Notes: generated from the letters alone by a model not told the origin. A stretch of 64,000 bases of DNA from Eledone cirrhosa (GCA_964016885.1 OZ024743.1:328910001-328974000), one strand, 5' to 3'. Counted from the first letter of the stretch, positions 27,101 through 41,411 are shown. Numbers and translations are program-made.

Positions 27101-30100
27101 AACTGATCCTCCTGTATTATCTTTCAACTGATCCTCCTGTATTATCTTTTAACTGATCCCCCTGTATTGTCTTTCAACTGATCCTCTTGTATTATCTTTC
27201 AACTGATCCTCCTGTATTATCTTTCAACTGATCCTCCTGTATTGTCTTTCAACTGATCCTCCTGTATTATCTTTTAACTGATCCTCCTGTATTGTCTTTC
27301 AACTGATCCTCCTGTATTGTCTTTTAACTGATCCTCCTGTATTATCTTTTAACTGATCCTCCTGTATTGTCTTTCAACTGATCCTCCTGTATTATCTTTT
27401 AACTGATCCCCCTGTATTGTCTTTCAACTGATCCTCCTGTATTGTCTTTTAACTGATCCTCCTGTATTATCTTTCAACTGATCCTCCTGTATTATCTTTT
27501 AACTGATCCCCCTGTATTGTCTTTCAACTGATCCTCCTGTATTATCTTTCAACTGATCCTCCTGTATTATCTTTCAACTGATCCTCCTGTATTGTCTTTC
27601 AACTGATCCTCCTGTATTATCTTTCAACTGATCCTCCTGTATTGTCTTTTAACTGATCCTCCTGTATTGTCTTTCAACTGATCCTCCTGTATTATCTTTC
27701 AACTGATCCTCCTGTATCTTTCAACTGATCCTCCTGTATTATCTTTTAACTGATCCTCCTGTATTGTCTTTCAACTGATCCTCCTGTATTGTCTTTCAAC
27801 TGATCCTCCTGTATTGTCTTTCAACTGATCCTCCTGTATTGTCTTTTAACTGATCCTCCTGTATTGTCTTTCAACTGATCCTCCTGTATTGTCTTTCAAC
27901 TGATCCTCCTGTATTATCTTTCAACTGATCCTCCTGTATTATCTTTCAACTGATCCTCCTGTATTGTCTTTTAACTGATCCTCCTGTATTATCTTTCAAC
28001 TGATCCTCCTGTATTATCTTTCAACTGATCCTCCTGTATTATCTTTCAACTGATCCTCCTGTATTGTCTTTCAACTGATCCTCCTGTATTATCTTTCAAC
28101 TGATCCTCCTGTATTATCTTTTAACTGATCCCCCTGTATTGTCTTTCAACTGATCCTCCTGTATTGTCTTTTAACTGATCCTCCTGTATTGTCTTTCAAC
28201 TGATCCTCCTGTATTATCTTTTAACTGATCCTCCTGTATTGTCTTTCAACTGAACCTCCTGTATTATCTTTTAACTGATCCTCCTGTATTGTCTTTCAAC
28301 TGATCCTCCTGTATTGTCTTTTAACTGATCCTCCTGTATTGTCTTTCAACTGAACCTCCTGTATTATCTTTTAACTGATCCTCCTGTATTGTCTTTCAAC
28401 TGATCCCCCTGTATTATCTTTTAACTGACCCTCCTGTATTGTCTTTTAACTGATCCTCCTGTATTGTCTTTCAACTGATCCTCCTGTATTGTCTTTTAAC
28501 TGACCCTCCTGTATTGTCTTTCAACTGATCTTCCTGTATTATCTTTTAACTGATCCTCCTGTATTGTCTTTCAACTGATCCTCCTGTATTGTCTTTTAAC
28601 TGATCCTCCTGTATTATCTTTTAACTGATCCTCCTGTATTGTCTTTTAACTGATCCTCCTGTATTGTCTTTCAACTGATCCTCCTGTATTGTCTTTTAAC
28701 TGACCATCCTGTATTGTCTTTCAACTGATCCTCCTGTATTATCTTTTAACTGATCCTCCTGTATTGTCTTTCAACTGATCCTCCTGTATTGTCTTTTAAC
28801 TGATCCTCCTGTATTGTCTTTTAACTGATCCTCCTGTATTGTCTTTTAACTGATCCTCCTGTATTGTCTTTTAACTGATCCTCCTGTATTGTCTTTTAAC
28901 TGATCCTCCTGTATTATCTTTTAACTGATCCTCCTGTATTGTCTTTTAACTGATCCTCCTGTATTGTCTATAACTGATCCTCCTGTATTATCTTTCAACT
29001 GATCCTCCTGTATTGTCTTTCAACTGATCCTCCTGTATTGTCTTTCAACTGATCCTCCTGTATTATCTTTTAACTGATCCTCCTGTATTGTCTATAACTG
29101 ATCCTCCTGTATTGTCTTTCAACTGATCCTCCTGTATTGTCTTTCAACTGATCCTCCTGTATTGTCTTTTAACTGACCATCCTGTATTGTCTTTCAACTG
29201 ATCCTCCTGTATTATCTTTCAACTGATCCTCCTGTATTGTCTTTCAACTGATCCTCCTGTATTGTCTTTCAACTGATCCTCCTGTATTATCTTTCAACTG
29301 ATCCTCCTGTATTGTCTTTTAACTGATCCCCCTGTATTGTCTTTCAACTGATCCTCCTGTATTGTCTTTCAACTGATCCTCCTGTATTATCTTTTAACTG
29401 ATCCCCCTGTATTGTCTTTCAACTGATCCTCCTGTATTATCTTTTAACTGATCCCCCTGTATTGTCTTACAACTGATCCTCCTGTATCTTTCAACTGATC
29501 CTCCTGTATTGTCTTTTAACTGATCCCCCTGTATTGTCTTTCAACTGATCCTCCTGTATTATCTTTTAACTGATCCCCCTGTATTGTCTTTCAACTGATC
29601 CTCCTGTATTATCTTTTAACTGATCCCCCTGTATTATCTTTTAACTGACCCTCCTGTATTGTCTTTTAACTGATCCTCCTGTATTGTCTTTTAACTGATC
29701 CCCCTGTATTGTCTTTTAACTGATCCTCCTGTATTATCTTTCAACTGATCCTCCTGTATTATCTTTTAACTGATCCTCCTGTATCTTTCAACTGATCCTC
29801 CTGTATTATCTTTCAACTGATCCTCCTGTATCTTTCAACTGATCCTCCTGTATTATCTTTCAACTGATCCTCCTGTATTGTCTTTTAACTGATCCTCCTG
29901 TATTGTCTTTCAACTGATCCTCCTGTATTGTCTTTTAACTGATCCCCCTGTATTGTCTTTCAACTGATCCTCCTGTATTATCTTTTAACTGATCCCCCTG
30001 TATTGTCTTTCAACTGATCCTCCTGTATCTTTCAACTGATACCCCTGTATTGTCTTTCAACTGATCCCCCTGTATCTTTCAACTGATCCTCCTGTATTGT

Positions 30101-33100
30101 CTTTTAACTGACCCTCCTGTATTGTCTTTTAACTGATCCTCCTGTATTGTCTTTTAACTGATCCTCCTGTATTGTCTTTTAACTGACCCTCCTGTATTGT
30201 CTTTTAACTGATCCTCCTGTATTGTCTTTTAACTGATCCTCCTGTATTGTCTTTTAACTGACCCTCCTGTATTGTTTTTTAACTGATCCTCCTGTATTGT
30301 CTTTTAACTGACCCTCCTGTATTGTCTTTTAACTGACCCTCCTGTATTGTCTTTTAACTGACCCTCCTGTATTGTCTTTTAACTGATCCTCCTGTATTAT
30401 CTTTTAACTGACCCTCCTGTATTGTCTTTTAACTGACCCTCCTGTATTGTCTTTTAACTGATCCTCCTGTATTGTCTTTTAACTGATCCTCCTGTATTGT
30501 CTTTTAACTGACCCTCCTGTATTGTCTTTTAACTGATCCTCCTGTATTGTCTTTTAACTGACCCTCCTGTATTGTCTTTTAACTGACCCTCCTGTATTGT
30601 CTTTTAACTGATCCTCCTGTATTGTCTTTTAACTGATCCTCCTGTATTATCTTTTAACTGACCCTCCTGTATTGTCTTTTAACTGACCCTCCTGTATTGT
30701 CTTTTAACTGATCCTCCTGTATTGTCTTTTAACTGATCCTCCTGTATTGTCTTTTAACTGACCCTCCTGTATTGTCTTTCAACTGATCCTCCTGTATTAT
30801 CTTTTAACTGATCCTCCTGTATTGTCTTTCAACTGATCCTCCTGTATTGTCTTTTAACTGATCCTCCTGTATTATCTTTTAACTGATCCTCCTGTATTGT
30901 CTTTTAACTGATCCTCCTGTATTGTCTTTCAACTGATCCTCCTGTATTGTCTTTTAACTGACCATCCTGTATTGTCTTTCAACTGATCCTCCTGTATTAT
31001 CTTTTAACTGATCCTCCTGTATTGTCTTTCAACTGATCCTCCTGTATTGTCTTTTAACTGATCCTCCTGTATTGTCTTTTAACTGATCCTCCTGTATTGT
31101 CTTTTAACTGATCCTCCTGTATTGTCTTTTAACTGATCCTCCTGTATTGTCTTTTAACTGATCCTCCTGTATTATCTTTTAACTGATCCTCCTGTATTGT
31201 CTTTTAACTGATCCTCCTGTATTGTCTATAACTGATCCTCCTGTATTATCTTTCAACTGATCCTCCTGTATTGTCTTTCAACTGATCCTCCTGTATTGTC
31301 TTTCAACTGATCCTCCTGTATTATCTTTTAACTGATCCTTCTGTATTGTCTATAACTGATCCTTCTGTATTGTCTTTCAACTGATCCTCCTGTATTGTCT
31401 TTCAACTGATCCTCCTGTATTGTCTTTTAACTGACCATCCTGTATTGTCTTTCAACTGATCCTCCTGTATTATCTTTCAACTGATCCTCCTGTATTGTCT
31501 TTCAACTGATCCTCCTGTATTGTCTTTCAACTGATCCTCCTGTATTATCTTTCAACTGATCCTCCTGTATTGTCTTTTAACTGATCCCCCTGTATTGTCT
31601 TTCAACTGATCCTCCTGTATTGTTTTTCAACTGATCCTCCTGTATTATCTTTTAACTGATCCCCCTGTATTGTCTTTCAACTGATCCTCCTGTATTATCT
31701 TTTAACTGATCCCCCTGTATTGTCTTTCAACTGATCCTCCTGTATCTTTCAACTGATCCTCCTGTATTGTCTTTTAACTGATCCCCCTGTATTGTCTTTC
31801 AACTGATCCTCCTGTATTATCTTTTAACTGATCCCCCTGTATTGTCTTTCAACTGATCCTCCTGTATTATCTTTTAACTGATCCCCCTGTATTATCTTTT
31901 AACTGACCCTCCTGTATTGTCTTTTAACTGATCCTCCTGTATTGTCTTTTAACTGATCCCCCTGTATTGTCTTTTAACTGATCCTCCTGTATTATCTTTC
32001 AACTGATCCTCCTGTATTATCTTTTAACTGATCCTCCTGTATCTTTCAACTGATCCTCCTGTATTATCTTTCAACTGATCCTCCTGTATCTTTCAACTGA
32101 TCCTCCTGTATTATCTTTCAACTGATCCTCCTGTATTGTCTTTTAACTGATCCTCCTGTATTGTCTTTCAACTGATCCTCCTGTATTGTCTTTTAACTGA
32201 TCCCCCTGTATTGTCTTTCAACTGATCCTCCTGTATTATCTTTTAACTGATCCCCCTGTATTGTCTTTCAACTGATCCTCCTGTATCTTTCAACTGATCC
32301 CCCTGTATTGTCTTTCAACTAATCCCCCTGTATCTTTCAACTGATCCTCCTGTATTGTCTTTTAACTGACCCTCCTGTATTGTCTTTTAACTGATCCTCC
32401 TGTATTGTCTTTTAACTGATCCTCCTGTATTGTCTTTTAACTGACCCTCCTGTATTGTCTTTTAACTGATCCTCCTGTATTGTCTTTTAACTGGTCCTCC
32501 TGTATTGTCTTTTAACTGACCCTCCTGTATTGTCTTTTAACTGATCCTCCTGTATTGTCTTTTAACTGACCCTCCTGTATTGTCTTTTAACTGACCCTCC
32601 TGTATTGTCTTTTAACTGACCCTCCTGTATTGTCTTTTAACTGATCCTCCTGTATTATCTTTTAACTGACCCTCCTGTATTGTCTTTTAACTGACCCTCC
32701 TGTATTGTCTTTTAACTGATCCTCCTGTATTGTCTTTTAACTGATCCTCCTGTATTGTCTTTTAACTGACCCTCCTGCATTGTCTTTTAACTGATCCTCC
32801 TGTATTGTCTTTTAACTGACCCTCCTGTATTGTCTTTTAACTGACCCTCCTGTATTGTCTTTTAACTGATCCTCCTGTATTGTCTTTTAACTGATCCTCC
32901 TGTATTATCTTTTAACTGACCCTCCTGTATTGTCTTTTAACTGACCCTCCTGTATTGTCTTTTAACTGATCCTCCTGTATTGTCTTTTAACTGATCCTCC
33001 TGTATTGTCTTTTAACTGACCCTCCTGTATTGTCTTTTAACTGACCCTCCTGTATTGTCTTTTAACTGATCCTCCTGTATTGTCTTTTAACTGATCCTCC

Positions 33101-36100
33101 TGTATTGTCTTTTAACTGATCCTCCTGTATTGTCTTTCAACTGATCCCCCTGTATTGTCTTTCAACTGATCCTCCTGTATTGTCTTTCAACTGATCCCCC
33201 TGTATTATCTTTTAACTGATCCTCCTGTATTGTCTTTTAACTGATCCCCCTGTATTGTCTTTCAACTGATCCTCCTGTATTATCTTTTAACTGACCCTCC
33301 TGTATTGTCTTTCAACTGATCCCCCTGTATTGTCTTTCAACTGATCCTCCTGTATTGTCTTTCAACTGATCCCCCTGTATTGTCTTTCAACTGATCCTCC
33401 TGTATTATCTTTTAACTGACCCTCCTGTATTGTCTTTCAACTGATCCTCCTGTATTATCTTTTAACTGATCCCCCTGTATTGTCTTTCAACTGATCCTCC
33501 TGTATTATCTTTTAACTGACCCTCCTGTATTATCTTTTAACTGATCCCCCTGTATTGTCTTTCAACTGATCCTCCTGTATTATCTTTTAACTGACCCTCC
33601 TGTATTATCTTTTAACTGACCCTCCTGTATTATCTTTTAACTGATCCACCTGTATTGTCTTTCAACTGATCCTCCTGTATTATCTTTTAACTGATCCTCC
33701 TGTATTATCTTTTAACTGACCCTCCTGTATTATCTTTTAACTGATCCTCCTGTATTATCTTTTAACTGACCCTCCTGTATTATCTTTTAACTGATCCCCC
33801 TGTATTGTCTTTCAACTGATCCTCCTGTATTATCTTTTAACTGACCCTCCTGTATTGTCTTTCAACTGATCCTCCTATATTGTCTTTTAACTGATCCTCC
33901 TGTATTATCTTTTAACTGATCCTCCTGTATTATCTTTTAACTGACCCTCCTGTATTATCTTTTAACTGATCCACCTGTATTGTCTTTCAACTGATCCTCC
34001 TGTATTATCTTTTAACTGACCCTCCTGTATTGTCTTTCAACTGATCCTCCTGTATTGTCTTTCAACTGATCCTCCTGTATTATCTTTTAACTGACCCTCC
34101 TGTATTATCTTTTAACTGATCCTCCTGTATTGTCTTTCAACTGATCCTCCTGTATTGTCTTTTAACTGATCCCCCTGTATTATCTTTTAACTGACCCTCC
34201 TGTATTGTCTTTCAACTGATCCTCCTGTATTATCTTTTAACTGATCCTCCTGTATTATCTTTTAACTGATCCCCCTGTATTGTCTTTCAACTGATCCTCC
34301 TGTATTATCTTTCAACTGATCCTCCTGTATTATCTTTTAACTGATCCTCCTGTATTGTCTTTTAACTGATCCTCCTGTATTGTCTTTCAACTGATCCTCC
34401 TGTATTATCTTTCAACTGATCCTCCTGTATTGTCTTTTAACTGATCCTCCTGTATTATCTTTTAACTGATCCCCCTGTATTGTCTTTCAACTCATCCTCC
34501 TGTATTGTCTTTTAACTGATCCCCCTGTATTGTCTTTCAACTGATCCTCCTGTATTATCTTTTAACTGATCCCCCTGTATTGTCTTTCAACTGATCCTCC
34601 TGTATTATCTTTTAACTGATCCTCCTGTATTGTCTTTTAACTGATCCCCCTGTATTGTCTTTCAACTGATCCTCCTGTATTATCTTTTAACTGATCCCCC
34701 TGTATTGTCTTTCAACTGATCCTCCTGTATTATCTTTTAACTGATCCCCCTGTATTGTCTTTCAACTGATCCTCCTGTATTATCTTTCAACTGATCCTCC
34801 TGTATTGTCTTTTAACTGATCCACCTGTATTGTCTTTCAACTGATCCTCCTGTATTATCTTTTAACTGATCCCCCTGTATTGTCTTTCAACTGATCCTCC
34901 TGTATTATCTTTTAACTGATCCTCCTGTATTGTCTTTTAACTGATCCCCCTGTATTGTCTTTCAACTGATCCTCCTGTATTATCTTTTAACTGATCCCCC
35001 TGTATTGTCTTTCAACTGATCCTCCTGTATTATCTTTTAACTGATCCCCCTGTATTGTCTTTCAACTGATCCTCCTGTATTATCTTTCAACTGATCCTCC
35101 TGTATTGTCTTTTAACTGATCCCCCTGTATTGTCTTTCAACTGATCCTCCTGTATTATCTTTTAACTGATCCCCCTGTATTGTCTTTCAACTGATCCTCT
35201 TGTATTATCTTTTAACTGATCCTCCTGTATTGTCTTTCAACTGATCCCCCTGTATTGTCTTTCAACTGATCCTCCTGTATTATCTTTTAACTGATCCCCC
35301 TGTATTGTCTTTCAACTGATCCTCCTGTATTATCTTTTAACTGATCCCCCTCTATTGTCTTTCAACTGATCCTCCTGTATTATCTTTCAACTGATCCTCC
35401 TGTATTGTCTTTCAACTGATCCTCCTGTATTATCTTTTAACTGATCCCCCTGTATTGTCTTTCAACTGATCCCCCTGTATTGTCTTTCAACTGATCCTCC
35501 TGTATTGTCTTTCAACTGACCCTCCTGTATTGTCTTTTAACTGATCCCCCTGTATTGTCTTTTAACTGATCCTCCTGTATTGTCTTTCAACTGATCCCCC
35601 TGTATTGTCTTTCAACTGATCCTCCTGTATTATCTTTTAACTGACCCTCCTGTATTATCTTTTAACTGATCCCCCTGTATTGTCTTTCAACTGATCCCCC
35701 TGTATTGTCTTTCAACTGATCCTCCTGTATTGTCTTTCAACTGACCCTCCTGTATTGTCTTTTAACTGATCCCCTGTATTGTCTTTTAACTGATCCTCCT
35801 GTATTGTCTTTCAACTGATCCCCCTGTATTGTCTTTCAACTGATCCCCCTGTATTGTCTTTCAACTGATCCTCCTGTATTATCTTTTAACTGATCCCCCT
35901 GTATTGTCTTTCAACTGATCCTCTTGTATTATCTTTTAACTGATCCTCCTGTATTGTCTTTCAACTGATCCCCCTGTATTGTCTTTCAACTGATCCTCCT
36001 GTATTATCTTTTAACTGATCCCCCTGTATTGTCTTTCAACTGATCCCCCTGTATTGTCTTTTAACTGATCCTCCTGTATTGTCTTTCAACTGATCCTCCT

Positions 36101-39100
36101 GTATTGTCTTTTAACTGATCCCCCTGTATTGTCTTTCAACTGATCCTCTTGTATTATCTTTCAACTGATCCCCCTGTATTGTCTTTCAACTGATCCTCCT
36201 GTATTATCTTTTAACTGACCCTCCTGTATTATCTTTTAACTGATCCTCCTGTATTGTCTTTCAACTGATCCTCCTGTATTGTCTTTTAACTGATCCTCCT
36301 GTATTGTCTTTCAACTGATCCTCCTGTATTGTCTTTTAACTGATCCTCCTGTATTGTCTTTCAACTGATCCTCCTGTATTGTCTTTTAACTGATCCCCCT
36401 GTATTGTCTTTCAACTGATCCTCTTGTATTATCTTTCAACTGATCCCCCTGTATTGTCTTTCAACTGATCCTCCTGTATTATCTTTTAACTGACCCTCCT
36501 GTATTATCTTTTAACTGATCCTCCTGTATTGTCTTTCAACTGATCCTCCTGTATTGTCTTTTAACTGATCCTCCTGTATTGTCTTTCAACTGATCCTCCT
36601 GTATTGTCTTTTAACTGATCCCCCTGTATTGTCTTTCAACTGATCCTCCTGTATCGTCTTTTAACTGACCCTCCTGTATTGTCTTTTAACTGATCCCCCT
36701 GTATCTTTCAACTGATCCCCCTGTATTGTCTTTCAACTGATCCTCCTGTATTATCTTTTAACTGACCCTCCTGTATTGTCTTTTAACTGATCCTCCTGTA
36801 TTGTCTTTCAACTGATCCCCCTGTATCTTTCAACTGATCCCCCTGTATTGTCTTTCAACTGATCCTCCTGTATTGTCTTTTAACTGACCCTCCTGTATTG
36901 TCTTTCAACTGATCCCCCTGTATCTTTCAACTGATCCCCCTGTATTGTCTTTTAACTGACCCTCCTGTATTGTCTTTTAACTGATCCCCCTGTATCTTTC
37001 AACTGATCCCCCTGTATTGTCTTTTAACTGACCCTCCTGTATTGTCTTTTAACTGATCCCCCTGTATCTTTCAACTGATCCCCCTGTATTGTCTTTCAAC
37101 TGATCCTCCTGTATTGTCTTTTAACTGATCCCCCTGTATCTTTCAACTGATCCTCCTGTATTATCTTTTAACTGATCCTCCTGTATTGTCTTTTAACTGA
37201 TCCCCCTGTATCTTTCAACTGATCCTCCTGTATTATCTTTTAACTGATCCCCCTGTATTGTCTTTTAACTGATCCCCCTGTATCTTTCAACTGATCCTCC
37301 TGTATTATCTTTTAACTGACCCTCCTGTATTGTCTTTTAACTGATCCCCCTGTATCTTTCAACTGATCCCCCTGTATTGTCTTTCAACTGATCCTCCTGT
37401 ATTGTCTTTTAACTGATCCCCCTGTATCTTTCAACTGATCCTCCTGTATTATCTTTTAACTGATCCTCCTGTATTGTCTTTTAACTGATCCCCCTGTATC
37501 TTTCAACTGATCCCCCTGTATTGTCTTTCAACTGATCCTCCTGTATTATCTTTCAACTGATCCTCCTGTATTGTCTTTTAACTGACCCTCCTGTATTGTC
37601 TTTTAACTGATCCCCCTGTATTGTCTTTCAACTGATCCCCCTGTATTGTCTTTTAACTGACCCTCCTGTATTGTCTTTTAACTGATCCCCCTGTATTGTC
37701 TTTCAACTGATCCTCCTGTATTATCTTTTAACTGATCCCCCTGTATTGTCTTTCAACTGATCCTCCTGTATTGTCTTTTAACTGATCCTCCTGTATTGTC
37801 TTTCAACTGATCCTCCTGTATTGTCTTTTAACTGATCCTCCTATATTGTCTTTCAACTGATCCTCCTGTATTGTCTTTTAACTGACCCTCCTGTATTGTC
37901 TTTTAACTGATCCCCCTGTATCTTTCAACTGATCCTCCTGTATTATCTTTCAACTGACCCTCCTGTATTGTCTTTTAACTGATCCCCCTGTATTGTCTTT
38001 CAACTGACCCTCCTGTATTATCTTTTAACTGATCCTCCTGTATTGTCTTTCAACTGATCCCCCTGTATTGTCTTTTAACTGACCCTCCTGTATTGTCTTT
38101 TAACTGATCCTCCTGTATTGTCTTTTAACTGATCCTCCTGTATTGTCTTTTAACTGATCCTCCTGTATTATCTTTCAACTGATCCTCCTGTATTGTCTTT
38201 TAACTGATCCTCCTGTATTGTCTTTTAACTGATCCTCCTGTATTATCTTTCAACTGATCCTCCTGTATTGTCTTTCAACTGATCCTCCTGTATTATCTTT
38301 TAACTGATCCTCCTGTATTATCTTTCAACTGATCCCCCTGTATTGTCTTTTAACTGACCCTCCTGTATTGTCTTTTAACTGATCCTCCTGTATTGTCTTT
38401 TAACTGATCCCCCTGTATTGTCTTTCAACTGATCCTCCTGTATTGTCTTTCAACTGATCCTCCTGTATTATCTTTTAACTGATCCTCCTGTATTGTCTTT
38501 CAACTGATCCTCCTGTATTATCTTTTAACTGATCCTCCTGTATTGTCTTTTAACTGATCCTCCTGTATTGTCTTTTAACTGATCCCCCTGTATTGTCTTT
38601 CAACTGATCCTCCTGTATTGTCTTTCAACTGATCCTCCTGTATTGTCTTTTAACTGATCCTCCTGTATTGTCTTTTAACTGATCCTCCTGTATTGTCTTT
38701 TAACTGATCCTCCTGTATTGTCTTTTAACTGATCCCCCTGTATTGTCTTTCAACTGATCCTCCTGTATTGTCTTTCAACTGATCCTCCTGTATTATCTTT
38801 TAACTGATCCTCCTGTATTGTCTTTTAACTGATCCTCCTGTATTATCTTTCAACTGATCCGCCTGTATTGTCTTTTAACTGATCCTCCTGTATTGTCTTT
38901 TAACTGATCCTCCTGTATTGTCTTTCAACTGATCCTCCTGTATTGTCTTTTAACTGATCCTCCTGTATTGTCTTTTAACTGATCCTCCTGTATTGTCTTT
39001 TAACTGATCCTCCTGTATTGTCTTTTAACTGATCCTCCTGTATTGTCTTTTAACTGATCCTCCTGTATTGTCTTTTAACTGATCCTCCTGTATTGTCTTT

Positions 39101-40092
39101 CAACTGATCCCCCTGTATTGTCTTTTAACTGATCCTCCTGTATTGTCTTTCAACTGATCCCCCTGTATTGTCTTTTAACTGACCCTCCTGTATTGTCTTT
39201 TAACTGATCCTCCTGTATTGTCTTTCAACTGATCCTCCTGTATTGTCTTTTAACTGATCCTCCTGTATTATCTTTCAACTGATCCTCCTGTATTGTCTTT
39301 CAACTGATCCTCCTGTATTGTCTTTCAACTGATCCTCCTGTATTATCTTTTAACTGATCCTCCTGTATTGTCTTTTAACTGACCCTCCTGTATTGTCTTT
39401 CAACTGACCCTCCTGTATTGTCTTTTAACTGACCCTCCTGTATTGTCTTTTAACTGACCCTCCTGTATTGTCTTTTAACTGATCCTCCTGTATTGTCTTT
39501 TAACTGATCCTCCTGTATTGTCTTTCAACTGATCCTCCTGTATTGTCTTTTAACTGATCCTCCTGTATTATCTTTTAACTGATCCTCCTGTATTGTCTAT
39601 AACTGATCCTCCTGTATTATCTTTCAACTGATCCTCCTGTATTATCTTTTAACTGATCCTCCTTTATTTTAGATCCTCATGTATTTCTCTCTAACTGATC
39701 CTCCTGTATTTTAATTCAACTGATCCTCCTGTATTTTCTCTCAACTGATCCTCCTGTATTTTAATTCAACTGATCCTCCTGTATTTTAATTCAACTGATC
39801 CTCCTGTATTTTCTCTCAACTGATCCTCCTGTATTTTAATTCAACTGATCCTCCTGTATTTTCTCTCAACTGATCCTCCTGTATTTTCTCTCAACTGATC
39901 CTCCTGTATTTTCTCTCAACTGATCCTCCTGTATTTTCTCTCAACTGATCCTCCTGTATTTTCTCTCAACTGATCCTCCTGTATTTTCTCTCAACTGATC
40001 TTCATGTATTTTAGTTTAACTGATCCTCCAGTATTTCCTTTCAACTGATACTCCTTTATCTTCTTTTAACTGATCCTCCTGTATTTTCTTTT
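24110..40092 (+). repeat. 25-bp satellite AACTGATCCTCCTGTATT(G/A)TCTTT(C/T), about 640 units
   Basis: Continuous tandem array with occasional 22- and 24-bp variants; higher-order duplications of 2144 and 2258 bp. Confidence 0.98.
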
Positions 40093-40149
40093 ACTCAAAG
40101 CCAGGAACTTTTCCCCCTTGTACATGTACACACAAGTCATACGTATATA

Positions 40150-40385
40150 CATGCGCGATGTAAGTGGCTGAGTATACCACAAGCATATGAACCCTTACAG
40201 TCGATATCAAGTGATTCAGAGTGATACTCTGTTTGGCAAATCTGCCCTTAATTTACAGGTACAGCTAATAGTTTACGAGCTGTGTGATCTGGAGCAGCTT
40301 GAAATAAAGTGTCTTACTTAAGGATACAATGCACCGCTGGGAATCGAACTCACGACCTCCCAACCATTAGTTTTCTTCACCATTA
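40150..40385 (-). mobile_element. Diverged tRNA-derived CORE-type SINE (family B)
   Basis: Reverse complement contains GAGGTCGTGAGTTCGATTCCC..GCATTGTATCCTTAAGTAAGACACTTTATTTCAAGCTGCTCC, similar to 57283-57400. Confidence 0.65.
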
Positions 40386-40630
40386 TCACGTACGCACCCA
40401 CCCACATACGCACACACCCATACCCATCCATACACGTACACACGCACACGCGTACACACTGACATAGTACACATGCACACATGTACACCTCCATACGTAT
40501 ATTCACTCCACTCTACACACGCACACCCACGTACCCCCCCCGGACACACACGTATACACAAGGCACGTGTATCGTTTGATCCAGCGGAATATCCATGATG
40601 TGACAGTTGGAAGGATATATATATATATAT

Positions 40631-41062
40631 CTAGGGAGTATAACTTGGAGTTACTGCAGGTTCACCCGGGAGAGCACTCGATGTTTAGGTTCACTTCTGT
40701 GTTGAGGTGTAGAGCTATACAGAGTGTAATATATTGAAAGGATAACAAGGACGATCGATTGGTTACTCCTTCATTACATTTATTGGTAAGTGACGCGCGT
40801 TTCGCCACTGATCAGCTCAAGGTTCGATCTGTATCGATCTTACCTGACTCAATAATCGGCAGCTCGACGGACCCTTTAAAATGGTATAAGAAAATGCATA
40901 TAAATTCTTATACCATTTTAAAGGGTCCGTCGAGCTGCCGATTATTGAGTCGGGTAAGATCGATACAGATCGAACCTTGAGCTGATCAGTGGCGAAACGC
41001 GCGTCACCTACCAATAAATGTAATGAAGGAGTGACCAATCGTCCTTGTTATCCTTTCAATAT
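40631..41062. mobile_element. Fold-back element with about 160-bp near-perfect inverted arms, each carrying an HHR 3' half
   Basis: 40731-40892 is the reverse complement of 40905-41062. GGC-GAAAC-GCGC-GTC-ACC at 40991-41008. The left arm extends about 100 bp further, to (TA)n. The same tail recurs at 61383-61532. Confidence 0.8.
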
Positions 41063-41124
41063 ATATATAAAATAAAATAAATAAAATAAATAAGTCAAAT
41101 ATTTAAAATTTGGCTTCGTTTATT

Positions 41125-41179
41125 ACTGCTATATATATTTCGGTGACAGCCATCTTTGGCTGTGACCTCTTCAGGCAGT
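41125..41179 (-). ncRNA. Type I hammerhead ribozyme, apparently intact
   Basis: Reverse complement: ACTGC-CTGAAGA-GGTCACAGCC-AAAGAT-GGCTGTCACC-GAAA-TATATA-TA-GCAGT. Perfect 5-bp stem I, 9/10-bp stem II, AUA triplet. The downstream tail recurs at 44626-44765. Confidence 0.85.
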
Positions 41180-41411
41180 CCGAATTAGTGTGGTAGAGAC
41201 GGGTACACATGTTGTTGAGGTGTTTAACTTCGTCAATACTCCGATATGCCCAGTTCCTGGTTGGGTTGTTATTTCTCTGAGGAACTGGGATCATATAAAT
41301 TCGAACAAACGAATTTCAGCGTCAAAGGACACCCTCTCCTCCCATTGGTCAGTTGTGAGAACATTCCTCAGTCAAAAGTCTATAGAAATTCTTTCTGAGG
41401 CGAGGCAAATT

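Larger units (their letters stand above)
23958..40122 (+). mobile_element. Mariner-derived MITE expanded to 16 kb by an internal satellite
   Basis: Inverted repeats GAAAAGTTCCTGGCTTT (23964-23980) and AAAGCCAGGAACTTTTC (40097-40113); the right end finishes CCCCTTG-TA; a mariner transposase C-terminus follows the left TIR. Confidence 0.85.

Noticed and set aside
3046-40092. CRISPR-like appearance of the short-repeat arrays
   Set aside because: The units are head-to-tail with no unique spacers, there are no cas genes, and the context is eukaryotic.
40759-41038. Two near-identical 73-aa ORFs on opposite strands
   Set aside because: A by-product of the DNA palindrome; non-ATG starts and no recognisable protein.
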